This document shows, in pieces, positions 49,362-58,992 of a stretch of 64,000 nucleotides of DNA. A program made the position numbers and the translations under genes. Under the pieces are notes generated by a model, which was not told the DNA's origin, did no database searches, and saw only the letters and a list, made by a program, of their open reading frames with translations. The first letter of the stretch is position 1. Each line of letters begins with the position of its first letter. The stretch covers positions 96,001 to 160,000 of the forward strand of contig JBALDB010000038.1 in assembly GCA_036918135.1 (NCBI GenBank), in the 5' to 3' direction. The stretch comes from Nostoc sp. Its GTDB lineage: Bacteria; Cyanobacteriota; Cyanobacteriia; Cyanobacteriales; Nostocaceae.

Positions 49362-50627
49362 TTAAGTTTTCACATGAACTGGAAAAATACCCAAGGCTAT
49401 CAACCTGGCTGGGAGGTCGCGCAAGACGGGTAAGCGCAAAAACGCAGGTGGTACGAAGGTACGATTTGAGGTGAGAACTGGGGCAAATACCCGCTTTTGG
49501 ATAAAAGTTTGAAATGCTTGAATAATACGTGTGGGTAACTCCCGTTGACGCTGTACTTTTGCAAGGTCACTTAGTTGTACTTGTTGGTTCTTGAGTGGTT
49601 TGGTGAGTACATTCGCCGCCACTACGGCATCTTGAATTGCGTAATTAATCCCAACTCCGCCAACTGGAGACATCACATGGGCAGCATCGCCGATGAGTAG
49701 CAATCCTGGATGATACCAGTGTTTGACGCGACTGGATTCGACTGAGAGAAAGGCTACTTGCGACCAGTCATGTAGATTTGCGATCGGCTGCTGGAATTCT
49801 GGTACTACTTTGACAATAGATTTTTTTAATTCCTCCAAACCCGCAGCCCGTAGTTTTTGATAGCCTCCTTTGGGAATCACATAAGCAACTTGCCACTCAT
49901 CGCCACGGTCAAGCATAGCGATGATGTGACCTTGACCAAAGCGCCCCATTCCCCCCTCAGGGTCTTCTGGCTGACGAGGTAGGCGCAACCAGAGAACATC
50001 CATTGGTGGCGAGGTTTCAATAGACTCAAACTCACCCAAGTGTCGTAAACGCGAGTTACGACCGTCTGCACCAACTGTAAGGATTGCCCGAACTTCATGC
50101 CAGCCACCGCCTCCTCGGTAGCGGACACCTTGAATCACGCCATTTTCAGTAATTAATTCCTGGACATTCGCACCCATCACCAAATGGAAGCTAGGATATT
50201 TTTGGGCTTCTTGGGTGATAAACTCCAAGAATTTCACCTGGGGAAGCATCGTAATGTATGGATAGCGGGTTTTTAGATGACTAAAATCAGCGAATGTGAC
50301 AGTTTCTTGAGGAGTTTGAATACTCAGGCGACGCATTTTGGTATGCGCGAGTTCTAGCAAAGCTGTACTTAGTCCCAATTCTTCCATAATTTGCATTACC
50401 GATGGATGAATTGTATCGCCACGAAAATCGCGATCGAAGTCTTTGTGTGCTTCCAATAGCATTACAGAAATACCTTGACGCGCTAACATCAGCGCTAAAA
50501 CTGCTCCTGCTGGGCCTCCACCCACAATGCAACAATCTGTAGTTTGTACGTCTACAATGTCATGAGCAGGGTTAACGTTTGGGTTTGGGTTTTGAGAAGA
50601 ATTATCGGGTACATGGGTAGTCATCAC
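49362..50627 (-). CDS. FAD-dependent oxidoreductase/monooxygenase (FAD_binding_3)
   Basis: IVGGGPAG, DRDFRGDTIHP, VGADGRNS and GDAAHVMSPVGGVGINYAIQDA. Confidence 0.9.
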   Translation of the reverse strand: MMTTHVPDNSSQNPNPNVNPAHDIVDVQTTDCCIVGGGPAGAVLALMLARQGISVMLLEAHKDFDRDFRGDTIHPSVMQIMEELGLSTALLELAHTKMRRLSIQTPQETVTFADFSHLKTRYPYITMLPQVKFLEFITQEAQKYPSFHLVMGANVQELITENGVIQGVRYRGGGGWHEVRAILTVGADGRNSRLRHLGEFESIETSPPMDVLWLRLPRQPEDPEGGMGRFGQGHIIAMLDRGDEWQVAYVIPKGGYQKLRAAGLEELKKSIVKVVPEFQQPIANLHDWSQVAFLSVESSRVKHWYHPGLLLIGDAAHVMSPVGGVGINYAIQDAVVAANVLTKPLKNQQVQLSDLAKVQRQRELPTRIIQAFQTFIQKRVFAPVLTSNRTFVPPAFLRLPVLRDLPARLIALGIFPVHVKT

Positions 50628-50782
50628 AACACCTCCTAACAGCCCTAAGATTTAGGGTAGTTTGCTTTTTATCGTGCAGACTATTTTTTTAACTTTTCGT
50701 ATTTAGATAGAACATGTATTATGGGCGCTAAAGTGTCATTAGTCATTTGTCCTTTGTCCAATTCCCAATCAAATAATTAGTT

Positions 50783-52111
50783 GTGTCTCAAGTTGTTTTA
50801 GAAAACGTTTATAAAAGTTTTTCCCCACGTCAAGGGGAAACTGTGACCTCACAAACCCAATCTCCCCTGACGCTTGGAGAGAAAGCTGATACACCACAAG
50901 AGCGTGCGGGAAGTGTTAATGTTTTACGGCGGATTAACCTAACAATCTCAGATGGCGAATTTATGGTGCTGGTAGGCCCTTCTGGTTGTGGGAAAAGCAC
51001 CTTGCTGCGGTTAATCGCCGGGTTAGAGGTGATGACTGGAGGTAATATCTGGGTAGGCGATCGCTTAATTAATGATTTACCACCCAAAGAACGCGACATC
51101 GCAATGGTATTCCAAAATTACGCTCTCTATCCCCACATGAGTGTGTATGACAACATCGCCTTTGGGTTACGCCGCAGGGGAAGCAGGGGAGCAGAGGAGC
51201 AGAGGAGCAGAGGAGAAAATACTTCCTGGTCTCCTTATTTTCGGGCGTGGGCTGAAAATTTCCTTGTAGGGGCAACAAGAAAGTTACCTAAAGGACTGCG
51301 CTACATTTCTGACAAAGAACGGGCTATAGATGAACAGGTGCGTAGTGTTGCCCAACTGTTACAAATTGAAACATTGATGAAACGCTTACCGAAGCAGCTA
51401 TCTGGGGGACAAAGACAGCGAGTTGCATTGGGAAGGGCGATCGCTCGCAATCCTCAAGTATTCTTAATGGATGAGCCGCTTTCTAATTTAGATGCCAAAC
51501 TGCGGGCGGAAACTCGCGCTCAAATTGTGAAATTGCAGCGCCAACTGGGGACAACCACGATTTACGTTACCCACGACCAAACCGAAGCGATGACAATGGG
51601 CGATCGGATTGCGATTATGTCTGAGGGTAAAATTCAGCAAGTTGCTTCTCCCCTTGAACTTTATAACCGCCCTGCCAACCTTTTTGTCGCAGAGTTCATT
51701 GGTTCGCCACCGATGAATTTTATTCCGGTAGAATTTCATGCGCCGCTATTAATTACTCATTCCCACTTTCGTTTCACACTTCCAGAGGTTTGGGGAAAAG
51801 CTTTACAAAAATATAATGGGAAAACTTTAATTTTAGGCATTCGACCAGAACACTTAAACTTGAGTCTGCCTGCTACTAAAAATCTACCAGTACAAGTAGA
51901 TTTAGTAGAGAATTTAGGTAACGATTCCTTCCTATCAGTTAGGATTGCCGAACCTGGTTCTCAACCTAAATCTATCAGCAATTCTTTACAAGTGCGAATA
52001 CCACCAGAGCGATTTGTCCAAGTTAGCGAGCAACTTTGGTTATCACTAAATTTAGAGAAAATTCACTTTTTCGATCCGGAAACTGAGTTAGCTATATTTC
52101 CTTCAAATTAG
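50783..52111 (+). CDS. Sugar ABC transporter ATP-binding protein (MalK/UgpC family)
   Basis: GPSGCGKST, MVFQNYALYPHM, LSGGQRQR, MDEPLSNLD and YVTHDQ. Confidence 0.93.
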   Translation: MSQVVLENVYKSFSPRQGETVTSQTQSPLTLGEKADTPQERAGSVNVLRRINLTISDGEFMVLVGPSGCGKSTLLRLIAGLEVMTGGNIWVGDRLINDLPPKERDIAMVFQNYALYPHMSVYDNIAFGLRRRGSRGAEEQRSRGENTSWSPYFRAWAENFLVGATRKLPKGLRYISDKERAIDEQVRSVAQLLQIETLMKRLPKQLSGGQRQRVALGRAIARNPQVFLMDEPLSNLDAKLRAETRAQIVKLQRQLGTTTIYVTHDQTEAMTMGDRIAIMSEGKIQQVASPLELYNRPANLFVAEFIGSPPMNFIPVEFHAPLLITHSHFRFTLPEVWGKALQKYNGKTLILGIRPEHLNLSLPATKNLPVQVDLVENLGNDSFLSVRIAEPGSQPKSISNSLQVRIPPERFVQVSEQLWLSLNLEKIHFFDPETELAIFPSN

Positions 52112-52115
52112 CAAA

Positions 52116-52313
52116 ATGTATTTCCACAGTCCTTCTCCCTTTGCTGTTGTGCCAGTAACCAAAGATACTACTGGAAACATTAAAGGTAAACTTAGCTCTA
52201 GAGCTTTTAAACTTATATCAGAATGGGCAACTTTACATCAAAGCGAATTAATGGAAAACTGGGAACTAGCTAGAGACAATCAAACCCTCAATAGCGTCTT
52301 ACCATTGGAGTAG
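52116..52313 (+). pseudogene. N-terminally truncated DUF4160 (HicA-like toxin) gene
   Basis: The C-terminal GKLSSRAFKLISEWATLHQSELMENWELAR...PLE is typical of DUF4160, but the N-terminal HxPPHFH region is absent; it sits directly upstream of DUF2442. Confidence 0.65.
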
Positions 52314-52319
52314 TAAAAT

Positions 52320-52619
52320 ATGTTAAAAGATATTATTGCAGTGGAACCAAGAGAGAATTATCAACTGTATATCCGTTTTGAAGACGAAGTGGAAGGAATA
52401 GTTGATGTAAGTAAGCTAATTAAATTTAAAGGTGTTTTTGCACCTTTGCAAGATAAAAAATACTTTGCTCAGGTTGAACTCAACCACGAAGTAGGCACAA
52501 TTCAATGGCGATCGGGAGCCGACCTCGATCCAGATGTTCTCTATGCAGTGATTAGCGATCGGCCTATTCCTAACTATAAGTTAAGTCGTAGTGTTGGAAA
52601 GGAAAAAAGATTTGATTAG
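52320..52619 (+). CDS. DUF2442 family protein (putative antitoxin)
   Basis: VEPRENYQLYIRFED, GVFAPLQD..YF and GTIQWRSGADLDPDVLY. Confidence 0.88.
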   Translation: MLKDIIAVEPRENYQLYIRFEDEVEGIVDVSKLIKFKGVFAPLQDKKYFAQVELNHEVGTIQWRSGADLDPDVLYAVISDRPIPNYKLSRSVGKEKRFD

Positions 52620-52705
52620 CGATGTCTACGGTAGCAAGCTACGCACCCCATTTCACCTCAAATTTCATGAAATGCGTAGCCGTAAGGCTTGTCGTCAGAC
52701 ATCGC
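52619..52705. repeat. Two oppositely oriented small repeats inserted in HIP1 sites
   Basis: GCGAT[GTCTACGGTAGCAAGCTA]CGC (52619-52644) and GCG[TAGCCGTAAGGCTTGTCGTCAGAC]ATCGC (52674-52705). Confidence 0.8.
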
Positions 52706-52729
52706 ACCCTCAACATACTGCTATTCAAT

Positions 52730-53005
52730 TTAACAAAGCTTTCTCCGTCCCTTCTGGCAAGCATTACAGGCAGAAGTTTTTGGTTCAAAATCAATACAAC
52801 CAATCGCTTGTTCTGAACAAGCTTTTTTTGGGTGTACAGTACATTTGAGACGGTAATCATTGGTGAAATAATCACAACCAGAACAGGGAATTTGATGTAG
52901 CGTTTTTAAATGAATTACTCCTTTTTTTAGGGTTAACCAAACGCTTGAAATCAATAGAATTATAATTGTCCACGTGCAAAAGGCACAGAAAATTATAGCT
53001 AACAT
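52730..53005 (-). CDS. Small Cys-rich membrane protein (possibly IsiE-like)
   Basis: TM helix followed by HQIPCSGCDYF...LKCTVHP..AC...AIGCIDF; last gene of the isiB cluster. Confidence 0.75.
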   Translation of the reverse strand: MLAIIFCAFCTWTIIILLISSVWLTLKKGVIHLKTLHQIPCSGCDYFTNDYRLKCTVHPKKACSEQAIGCIDFEPKTSACNACQKGRRKLC

Positions 53006-53115
53006 TATTTATCCTCGGAAAAATTTCAAAAAAATGCCCGCAGTTCACTGCGTTTCACCGCAGGCATAGGAGTTTATTTAGCTAGAGTTGAACGAAAGTT
53101 AATTAACTAAACAAT

Positions 53116-53187
53116 TCAGAGGTTGTGGAAGCAGGCGTTATCACTCTACCAATCAAATTCAACGTTGAGATTGCCGTATGTCTGCAT
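53116..53187 (-). pseudogene. isiA: isiA 5' remnant
   Basis: Manual translation MQTYGNLNVEFDW*SDNACFHNL* matches the IsiA N-terminus pattern MQTY.N....YDWWAGNARF.NLS, with TGG>TAG. Confidence 0.75.
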
Positions 53188-53572
53188 TGTTAAGTTAGTT
53201 AGTAATTGTAGTGACCAATACTAAATTAATTAGTTTTTATTTCAGCAGTTAAATGTCCTAAGCTGTTCAACAATTAACTTGCATATTTTGGATTGTTGCT
53301 TAATTGTTCAATTCCTCTGGCCATATTTTTATCTCCCGGTTGGTGAGCTTCGACTACGCGGAAATCGAGTGAAGTCGAGATTCAACTACCGCCAAGTCAA
53401 CCACATCTTCCCATCAGCCAAAATATGTAAACTTTCTGGTTTTACAATTTATTAATGCACTAGCAAATCAGTTGCCATACATTTAGATGTGAAGTTTTTA
53501 CTGTATTTGGAGAGCTTTTTCCAATTTGCCGCAGGCGTTACCTTCGAGTTGAGAGTGAGTTTTTTGTTGTAA

Positions 53573-54337
53573 TCAAATAGGAGTTTTAGTAGTGGAAGTG
53601 CTATAAGCTAGTGCAGATGTTTCTACCAAATGTACATTTTGGCGTTGCCAAAAACCCAAAATTTGTTCGCCAACTTGTTCAGGATAAAAGTAGTGAAAAA
53701 AATGATAGCCTTGTGGACATTCCCACAGGTCATCTTCTGGCTTGAACCAATTCAACCACTCATACAATGCAGGGGAGTTGACAATTGGATCGGTCTTACA
53801 GCCACATATCATCATTGGCATAGAAACTCCGCCTTTTGGTAAATAAACCAACTTAAACAAAGAGTGCGGCGAGGGAGATTGTTCCAAATCTTTATCTAAA
53901 GCAGCTACTAACTTTTTGGTCGTATGAGGCGGTTGATTTCCGAAGAGACTGCGAGCGCTGCTTGCCAAAATTTGCTCGCGGCTGATGCTAAAAAGTTGTC
54001 GTTGAAAGTAATAGTGAGCGTGCCAAGTATTGGCGGGTTGAGATGCTACAGCCAGTAGAGTTAGCGATCGCACTTTTTGCCCAAATCGTCGCGCAAAGCT
54101 CAAAGCGATCGCGCCACCCATACCATGTCCTGCTAAATGCACAGGGCGATCGTAGGATTCTAAAAATTCAGACACTAAATCTACAGCTTGGTCTATGGAA
54201 CTGCCTTCATCTATAGTTTGCTGGTATTCCCAGTAGGCAATTCTCATATACTTAGATAAATATTCAACTAATGGTCGGTCGAAACGCTGCAAAACAGGAC
54301 TAGCACTTAACCACAAAACATCAAATGAATCAGACAT
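53573..54337 (-). CDS. Alpha/beta hydrolase-fold protein (IsiC-like)
   Basis: PVHLAGHGMGG elbow, VRSLTLL and GYHFFHYFYP; directly downstream of flavodoxin. Confidence 0.8.
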   Translation of the reverse strand: MSDSFDVLWLSASPVLQRFDRPLVEYLSKYMRIAYWEYQQTIDEGSSIDQAVDLVSEFLESYDRPVHLAGHGMGGAIALSFARRFGQKVRSLTLLAVASQPANTWHAHYYFQRQLFSISREQILASSARSLFGNQPPHTTKKLVAALDKDLEQSPSPHSLFKLVYLPKGGVSMPMMICGCKTDPIVNSPALYEWLNWFKPEDDLWECPQGYHFFHYFYPEQVGEQILGFWQRQNVHLVETSALAYSTSTTKTPI

Positions 54338-54400
54338 AAATACCTATAACTTCTCAATTATCAATTTCAGTAGGGGCATACTGCTGTACGCCCCTAATCT

Positions 54401-54913
54401 CTACAAACTAAATTCTGTCTTCAACTGACCGACCCACTTTTTAATTCGCTCGTCTGTTAAATCAGATTGGCTACCTGTATCAAGTGCCAAACCAACAAAC
54501 TTGCCATTTTTCACCGCTCTAGATTCATTAAAGTCATACCCATCAGTTGGCCAATAACCAACTGTTTTACCACCTTTTTGAGAAATTTTTTCTTCTAAAA
54601 TCCCGATTGCATCCTGGAAGTTATCTGCATAGCCATATTGGTCTCCATCACCAAAATAGGCGACCAGCTTCCCTTTAAAATCTATTTCATCGAGATCGGA
54701 ATAAAAGCCTTCCCAATCGCTCTGAAGTTGACCAATATCCCAAGTGGGAGAGCCAATAATCAGCAATTCATACTCATCAAAAGAAGAAGTATCCGCATCA
54801 TAAATAGGATGTAATGTTACAACATCACCACCAAATTCATCCCGAATTTGTTCGGCAGCAGATTCAGTGTTACCGGTTTGAGTACCGTAGAACAGACCGA
54901 TTTTTTTTGACAT
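54401..54913 (-). CDS. isiB: Long-chain flavodoxin
   Basis: IGLFYGTQTGNTE, IIGSPTWDIG, FGDGDQYGYADNFQDA and FVGLALD. Confidence 0.95.
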   Translation of the reverse strand: MSKKIGLFYGTQTGNTESAAEQIRDEFGGDVVTLHPIYDADTSSFDEYELLIIGSPTWDIGQLQSDWEGFYSDLDEIDFKGKLVAYFGDGDQYGYADNFQDAIGILEEKISQKGGKTVGYWPTDGYDFNESRAVKNGKFVGLALDTGSQSDLTDERIKKWVGQLKTEFSL

Positions 54914-54929
54914 CTTGACACCTTAATAT

Positions 54930-55121
54930 CCTGTTCGTACATTAGTTGCGCTCGGTTAAAATGGGCAAGTTCAAATAGAGTGGTTGCACCAGCCTACAGA
55001 ATTAACCCCGCATGAGCAAGGCGAGCTGAACGCCCAAAAGTCGTCCTGAAAGATTAGTTAAGCTGGCGTTGCCTGCCCACCAAGGAATCGACTCTGGTTT
55101 TTCAACAGCCACGCTTGTCAT
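54930..55121 (-). pseudogene. Truncated isiA/pcb-family chlorophyll-binding protein gene
   Basis: GAGGAG SD then MTSVAVEKPESIPWWAGNASLTNLSGRLLG, a frameshift, then HAGLIL*AGATTLFELAHFNRAQLMYEQ, joined directly to the isiB ribosome-binding region. Confidence 0.88.
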
Positions 55122-55203
55122 GGCTTTTTCTCCTCAAAAAGTTTGCAACTAGCTGAAATATCTAGTTAGCTTAATGAATATCTATATCAATAAGCCTGAA
55201 GAT

Positions 55204-55238
55204 ATACTATCAGACTTATTGACAAGTTTTTTCATTTA
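55204..55238 (-). promoter_or_regulatory. Predicted iron-regulated promoter (extended -10 plus Fur-box-like sequence)
   Basis: Minus strand AATGAAAAAACTTGTCAATA (imperfect AT-rich Fur-like palindrome) just upstream of TGA-TAGTAT (55212-55204). Confidence 0.55.
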
Positions 55239-55439
55239 TCAAAAGTAAAGTTTTGTGAAGTACTAAAAGATAAGCTCAAAAGGCAGGCAGGGATTGATTC
55301 CATCCCCACAAGGAGCGAGTTAAAGCCAAATTCTAGTAAAAATGCCTTACGATATCCTCACAGAATATTCCCGGCAATTACTGATTTAAAAAAATACATC
55401 GGTACAAGAAGCTAGAGAAAGTTAGTTTTTTGTCGATAT

Positions 55440-55742
55440 ATGAAATTAATCCAAATACTAAAAGTAGCTGTAATTCCTGTTTTGAGCGGATTTACCTTTG
55501 TGTCTGCATCAAATACAGCACTAGCTGATTATTTAAATAGCCAGGGAGGAGGAGGTGAATACCGTTATGAATTATGGTCTACCGATGATAATACTAGTTA
55601 CTACTTAAAAATTTGGTCAGCTGAAGCAAGTCCAACAAGTAGCTCATACACCACAACTACAGAATTTGCTTCTAGTAGGGAAGCTCTAATTCATTTTGAT
55701 TGCTATTACGCCAAGAGAAGTTTACCAGAATGTCCTCGATGA
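55440..55742 (+). CDS. Small secreted hypothetical protein
   Basis: Signal peptide ending ALA; YRYELWS...YYLKIW and a C-terminal Cys pair. Confidence 0.75.
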   Translation: MKLIQILKVAVIPVLSGFTFVSASNTALADYLNSQGGGGEYRYELWSTDDNTSYYLKIWSAEASPTSSSYTTTTEFASSREALIHFDCYYAKRSLPECPR

Positions 55743-55827
55743 TAAATCGTGATTTGTAAGTACTCGCTTTTATGCGAGAAGCAAGCTACGTAATTCGTAA
55801 TTGAATTGTTTAATTACGAATTACGAA

Positions 55828-55922
55828 CTTGTACTGAGCTTGTCCTGAGCGTAGCCGTACCCCTGCTCTTAAGCAAGCTACGCACAAGTGTCTCTGAAAG
55901 AGAAGGGCGCAGTCGAAGTATT
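55828..55922 (-). mobile_element. Composite nested SDR element inserted in an (AATTACG)n STRR array
   Basis: The reverse complement AATACTTCGACTGCGCCCTTCTCTTTCAGAGACACTTGTGCGTAGCTTGCTTAAGAGCAGGGGTACGGCTACGCTCAGGACAAGCTCAGTACAAG matches 40397-40491. Confidence 0.85.
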
Positions 55923-55934
55923 AGCAATTACGAA

Positions 55935-58463
55935 TTACACTTCCGCGGGTTGATATTCTTGTTGTCTTTCTACAAAAGCCTGGACGCGGGTGCGGTAGTT
56001 TCTCATAGTCTCATCTACCCAATCGCGATCGTTGCTATTTGCATACAAATGTACCAGTGGTTCGCTGGCATCTGGTAAAACTAACAGCCAACTGTCATCG
56101 TAGGGTTGGCAAATTTTTACGCCGTCGATTAGTTCTAGATTTTGGGCTGGATGAGTTTCAACCAAGTAGCGCATTAAAGCACCCTTAGCCGTCCACGGAC
56201 AGCGTACTGTATAAGTTTTGTGAATTACACGGGGCAATTCTGACCGGGCACTGGCAAGCGATCGCTCTTGTATAGTCAACATCTCAATTATCTTCGCAAT
56301 GCAGAACATGGAATCAAATCCCGGATGCAATTGCGGGAAAATAAAACCAGTTTCTCCACTACCTCCTAGCACCACATTGGGATTTTTCTGACAAGCTTCC
56401 ATCAAAGCTGTAGGATTGGCTTTGGTGCGAATCACTCTGGCATCATGGCGACGGGCGACTTGTTCGATAGCGCTGGAAGCATGAACTGGTACTACTACCG
56501 TTCCTCTGGGGTTAGCAGTTAATATCATGTCTACCATCAGTGCTGTTAGCATTTCTCCCCGAATTGGATAGCCTGATTCATCAACTAAAATTAGCTGTTC
56601 TCCATTTGCCGATACTTGTACGCCAAAGTTAGCTTTCAGCGCTTCCACTACATGACCTAACTGAGTCAGCAGTCCTTCGCGGTCAGTTGCCGACATTGCC
56701 GTTTTATTGACACTGGCATTCAGCACCACCGCGTCAGCGCCAAATTTATCTAACATTTGGGGTAAAACTGCCCCAGATACCGCATAAACATAATCAATCA
56801 CCACTTTTGCCCGACTGTTACGGAGTGTATGAACGTGCAAAAGTTTTTCAAAAGCAGTGCAGTAGCGGTCAATGACTTGGCTGGGGTAAGACACATCGCC
56901 AATTTCATGAATTTGCGCCCGCCGCATATCCTCCTTAAAGTAAGCCCCTTCGATTTTCTTTTCCACGGCTTTGGAGATATTAATCCCTTTAGCATCCATG
57001 AATTCAATCAAAATGTAGTCAGGGCGATCGGGGTGTACGCGGACATGGATACCACCTGCTACCGCCATTGTAGGTATAACTGTGCGGGCGATAGGGATAG
57101 CCGTCGCATCGAGGTTTTGAATATCAATACCTACTGACATCAAACCAGCAATCAGCGATCGCGTCACCATTCGAGAAATATTACGCTGGTCGCGGGAAAC
57201 CGTTACCTTAGAACCAGGTTTTAAGGTAGAACCGTAAGCAGCTCCCAACTTCACTGCGAATTCTGGGGTGATATCAATATTAGCTAATCCTTGGACACCA
57301 CGTTGCCCAAATAAATTTCGTTGAGCAATATTTCCCCAAATCAAGTTAATGTTTAAAATGGCACCTGACTCAATCTTTTTATTCGGCCAAACACGCACAG
57401 CAGTACTAATTTGAGCTTCTTCTCCTACCGTGGAAAGCGAACCTACAACAGCAGCTTCTAATACTTGGGCGCGGCGGTCTACACGAGTGCCACGAGAAAT
57501 CACACAGGCGGAAAGCTGTGCTTCTTCGCCAATGATTGCTCCATTCCAAACGATGGGACGTTTGAGATTAGCATCAGCACCAATAGTAACATTATCGCCA
57601 ATTACGGTTCCTGCCTCAATCTGGACTCTTGCCCCGATGCGGCAATTATCACCAATCACTGCTGGGGTTTCAATTACAGCCGTTTGGTCGATATAAGTAT
57701 TTTGACCTACCCACAATTGAGGAGAAACTTCTTTGTAGGCGTAATCTAATTGCACTTTCTGGTCTAATGCGTCATACTGAGCTTCCCGATAGGCATCTAA
57801 GTGACCGACATCACACCAGTAACCTTCAGCAATGTAACCATACATTGGCTGATCTTTTGTTAAAAGTAAAGGAAATAAATCTTTGGAAAAGTCAGATTCA
57901 GTATTTACCGGTAGATATTCCAAAACTTCTGGTTCGAGAATATAAGTGCCAGTGTTGACGGTATCAGAAAAAATTTCACTAGTAGAGGGTTTTTCTAAAA
58001 ATCGCCGAATTTGTTGTTCTTCATCGGTAATTACCACCCCAAATTCAATTGGATTGGGAACTCTGGTCAAAATCAAAGTAGCTTTTGACTTTTTTTGTTT
58101 GTGAAATGCGATCGCTGCCGTCAGGTCAAAATCTGTTATACTATCGCCGCTAATTACTAAAAAAGTTTCATCAAGAAGTTCGGCAATATTTTTTACACAA
58201 CCGGCTGTACCTAGAGGCTGGTCTTCTTCCACAGCATAGGTCATCTGGACGCCAAAATCGCTGCCATCTTGAAAATAATCTCGCAAGACATCAGGTAAAT
58301 AATGCAATGTCGCAATAACTTCTGTAATTTGATGTCTTTTGAGTAGATTAATAATATGTTCGGCAATTGGTCGATTGAGGATAGGCACCATCGGTTTCGG
58401 CAGATCGCAAGTTAACGGACGAAGCCGCGTTCCCGAACCGCCTGCCATAAGTACTGCACGCAT
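55935..58463 (-). CDS. Mannose-1-phosphate guanylyltransferase / phosphomannomutase-like fusion
   Basis: [13 protein letters not shown]...PKPMVP NTP-transferase, hexapeptide repeats and a PGM/PMM-like C-half (LFGQRGVQG). Confidence 0.9.
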   Translation of the reverse strand: MRAVLMAGGSGTRLRPLTCDLPKPMVPILNRPIAEHIINLLKRHQITEVIATLHYLPDVLRDYFQDGSDFGVQMTYAVEEDQPLGTAGCVKNIAELLDETFLVISGDSITDFDLTAAIAFHKQKKSKATLILTRVPNPIEFGVVITDEEQQIRRFLEKPSTSEIFSDTVNTGTYILEPEVLEYLPVNTESDFSKDLFPLLLTKDQPMYGYIAEGYWCDVGHLDAYREAQYDALDQKVQLDYAYKEVSPQLWVGQNTYIDQTAVIETPAVIGDNCRIGARVQIEAGTVIGDNVTIGADANLKRPIVWNGAIIGEEAQLSACVISRGTRVDRRAQVLEAAVVGSLSTVGEEAQISTAVRVWPNKKIESGAILNINLIWGNIAQRNLFGQRGVQGLANIDITPEFAVKLGAAYGSTLKPGSKVTVSRDQRNISRMVTRSLIAGLMSVGIDIQNLDATAIPIARTVIPTMAVAGGIHVRVHPDRPDYILIEFMDAKGINISKAVEKKIEGAYFKEDMRRAQIHEIGDVSYPSQVIDRYCTAFEKLLHVHTLRNSRAKVVIDYVYAVSGAVLPQMLDKFGADAVVLNASVNKTAMSATDREGLLTQLGHVVEALKANFGVQVSANGEQLILVDESGYPIRGEMLTALMVDMILTANPRGTVVVPVHASSAIEQVARRHDARVIRTKANPTALMEACQKNPNVVLGGSGETGFIFPQLHPGFDSMFCIAKIIEMLTIQERSLASARSELPRVIHKTYTVRCPWTAKGALMRYLVETHPAQNLELIDGVKICQPYDDSWLLVLPDASEPLVHLYANSNDRDWVDETMRNYRTRVQAFVERQQEYQPAEV

Positions 58464-58992
58464 AAATCCTCCTTAACTACAAAAAGCCTTTGCTGCTTGA
58501 AAACGTGTCAGAGATATTTTCTTCTTTCTATAGTCTGCTATGGATATCTATATTTGAGGAACTTCCACAAGATGCATCTGCGGATAACGAAGTATATTTA
58601 CTCATTACACCACTTCTTTTACCTAGAGAAAATCAAAAAATGTGTGCAAGAGAATAATCAATCGGTATTGCTAAATAAAGGGATGATTGAGGCTCAGGCA
58701 AGACACACAGACACAAACGAGAAGGGGAGCTAAGAATAGTTCTACCTCCTGCCTCCTGCTATACTATTTAATTAATAAAAAATAGGTCTTGCATTTATTA
58801 TTAGAAAAAAATCCCGCAATCGCTCAGTTCGTGCGAGAACTGCGGGCCACGATGCAGCTATCTTAGGAAAAGTTCGCTGACGAATTAGGTATGACGGACA
58901 GTTCGAGTTGAAAAAAGAGATTAATGATTTGTGCCGAAGGCTGGGCAAAGCCGAGCGTTACCCGTTTGAATTTGAGCGAGTGAGAAAGAGTA

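Noticed and set aside
55935..57320. Missing phospho-Ser motif in the PMM-like half (GGIHVRVHP)
   Set aside because: As far as I recall this is usual for the cyanobacterial fusion family, so it was not treated as a novelty or pseudogene.
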